Assembly: GCA_965203295.1 (NCBI GenBank) | Contig: CBDBCZ010000014.1 | Span: 64,001-128,000 of the forward strand | Direction of reading: 5' to 3' | Length of the DNA stretch: 64,000 nucleotides | Origin: Nitrospirales bacterium | GTDB lineage: Bacteria; Nitrospirota; Nitrospiria; Nitrospirales; UBA8639 | Notes under the pieces: generated by a model | What the model was told of the DNA's origin: nothing | What the model saw: only the letters and a program-made list of their open reading frames with translations | The model's database searches: none | Shown: piece by piece, positions 41,362-64,000 of the stretch | How positions within the stretch are numbered: position 1 is the stretch's first letter | Layout of the letters: each line of letters starts with the position of its first letter | Made by a program: the position numbers and the translations under genes

Positions 41362-42065
41362 TAAACGGCGGAAGCGGTAGGACACGCCCACCTCAATTCA
41401 TTCACTCCAAGGGGCGTGTTTTTCCGCTTCCGCCGTTTAATGAAAAGTTGGTGCTCCAGTCCTTACGTGTCTCCCGCCATCTTGTACTTCGTTACGACGA
41501 CGCCTTCAGCGATGGTCGGCTCCTCTTCTGACGAGTCCCCTTTCTCCGCAATCTTGGGCTGCCTACAGAACTGCTCAGCGCAACTCTGTTGACTCCGGTA
41601 GCTGATCTATGGTGCAACAAATCCACGTGTTTTGTGCGCATGCGTATGCGTAAGCGCAAAACGATTCAGTGGGTGGGGCTCAGTGCAGTCTGCAGTGACC
41701 AGTGGGGGGACCATGCACCCAGACCCAGGCCATATAGACTCCCTAAACAGCTAATCTTACTTCTCCTGACCTTCGCTTTATCCATAGTAGGCGTTTTCTT
41801 CGTGCAACAGCATTAAAATTTTACAACATGCACTTATACTTTGTATGGTTTCGTTCCCAGACACCAGCGGATACTATTAAATTACAATGCCTTGTAGCTT
41901 TTTAAGTAGTACGCGTGCGTGCATCTTGTGCGGCTGCTCTCTTATCTGGATCTGCTGCTGCCTCGGCTGCTGCTGAAACGCCCGGATACGATTGCTGTGG
42001 CTTAACACTACAGTACTTCCGAGTTCAGGACTGCAAGATCGGGACACTGTGAAGAAGATTCGGAG
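41362..42065 (+). promoter_or_regulatory. CpG-rich putative promoter/5'UTR region of the SRCR-FN3 gene
   Basis: Local CpG enrichment immediately upstream of the signal-peptide exon; includes an inverted repeat taaacggcggaagcgg / ccgcttccgccgttta (41362-41439). TSS cannot be determined. Confidence 0.35.
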
Positions 42066-63643
<21,578 letters not shown>

Positions 63644-64000
63644 GTATATATGATATGGTGTGTGTGAAATGTAGTGACATTCATCTTACTCCAGAGTGCG
63701 TTAGTTCATATAGAAGTATTACCCTGCCTGAACCAGTGCACAAGACTCATGAAATAGTCATCACTTGAGTGTAACATGAGAGCACCTGTCTGCAGCTTTC
63801 AGACTGTGCTGTCAAAAATAGCTGAGCTAGGTACTAATCTGTGTAAAAGCTGGGTACGTACCTCATTATATTGGAGGACTGTTCCAGCCTTGAAAACAGA
63901 TAACTGAAAGCTAGTGTATATGGCTTGTTAATTATAGAATACCAGTTGAGCAAATGTTAGCTATGTATGGGAGTGGCGTTCGCCAATGTTCTTAGTACTC

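Overview
Eukaryotic (animal) genomic DNA with GT-AG introns and dense interspersed repeats. Gene content and repeat style most resemble a demosponge (inference only). Contents: (i) a direct segmental duplication (1-~10076 vs 15957-~26377). Each copy carries an intronless minus-strand gene for a secreted-type multi-pass membrane protein with a Pmp-like GGA[ILV]/FxxN beta-helix ectodomain. Copy B (16713-20957, 1414 aa) is intact; copy A (748-4102) is frameshifted by a 906-bp deletion plus a 7-bp insertion, and the two copies differ mostly in the ectodomain. (ii) A decayed Ty3/Gypsy LTR element between the copies. (iii) An intronless, bacterial-looking class I SAM methyltransferase (29744-30385), a horizontal-transfer candidate. 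(iv) A transposon/satellite-rich spacer with foldback elements, TTAA MITEs, Helitron-like repeats and a TIR family with 9-bp TSDs. (v) An 18+-exon plus-strand gene from 42066 that runs off the window end, with architecture signal peptide-(SRCR-FN3)x3-FN3-Ig-FN3-FN3. It has matched odd cysteines suggesting inter-domain disulfides and an RRRR furin-type site. No rRNA, tRNA or CRISPR array was seen. All homology statements come from motif recognition by eye, not from database searches.
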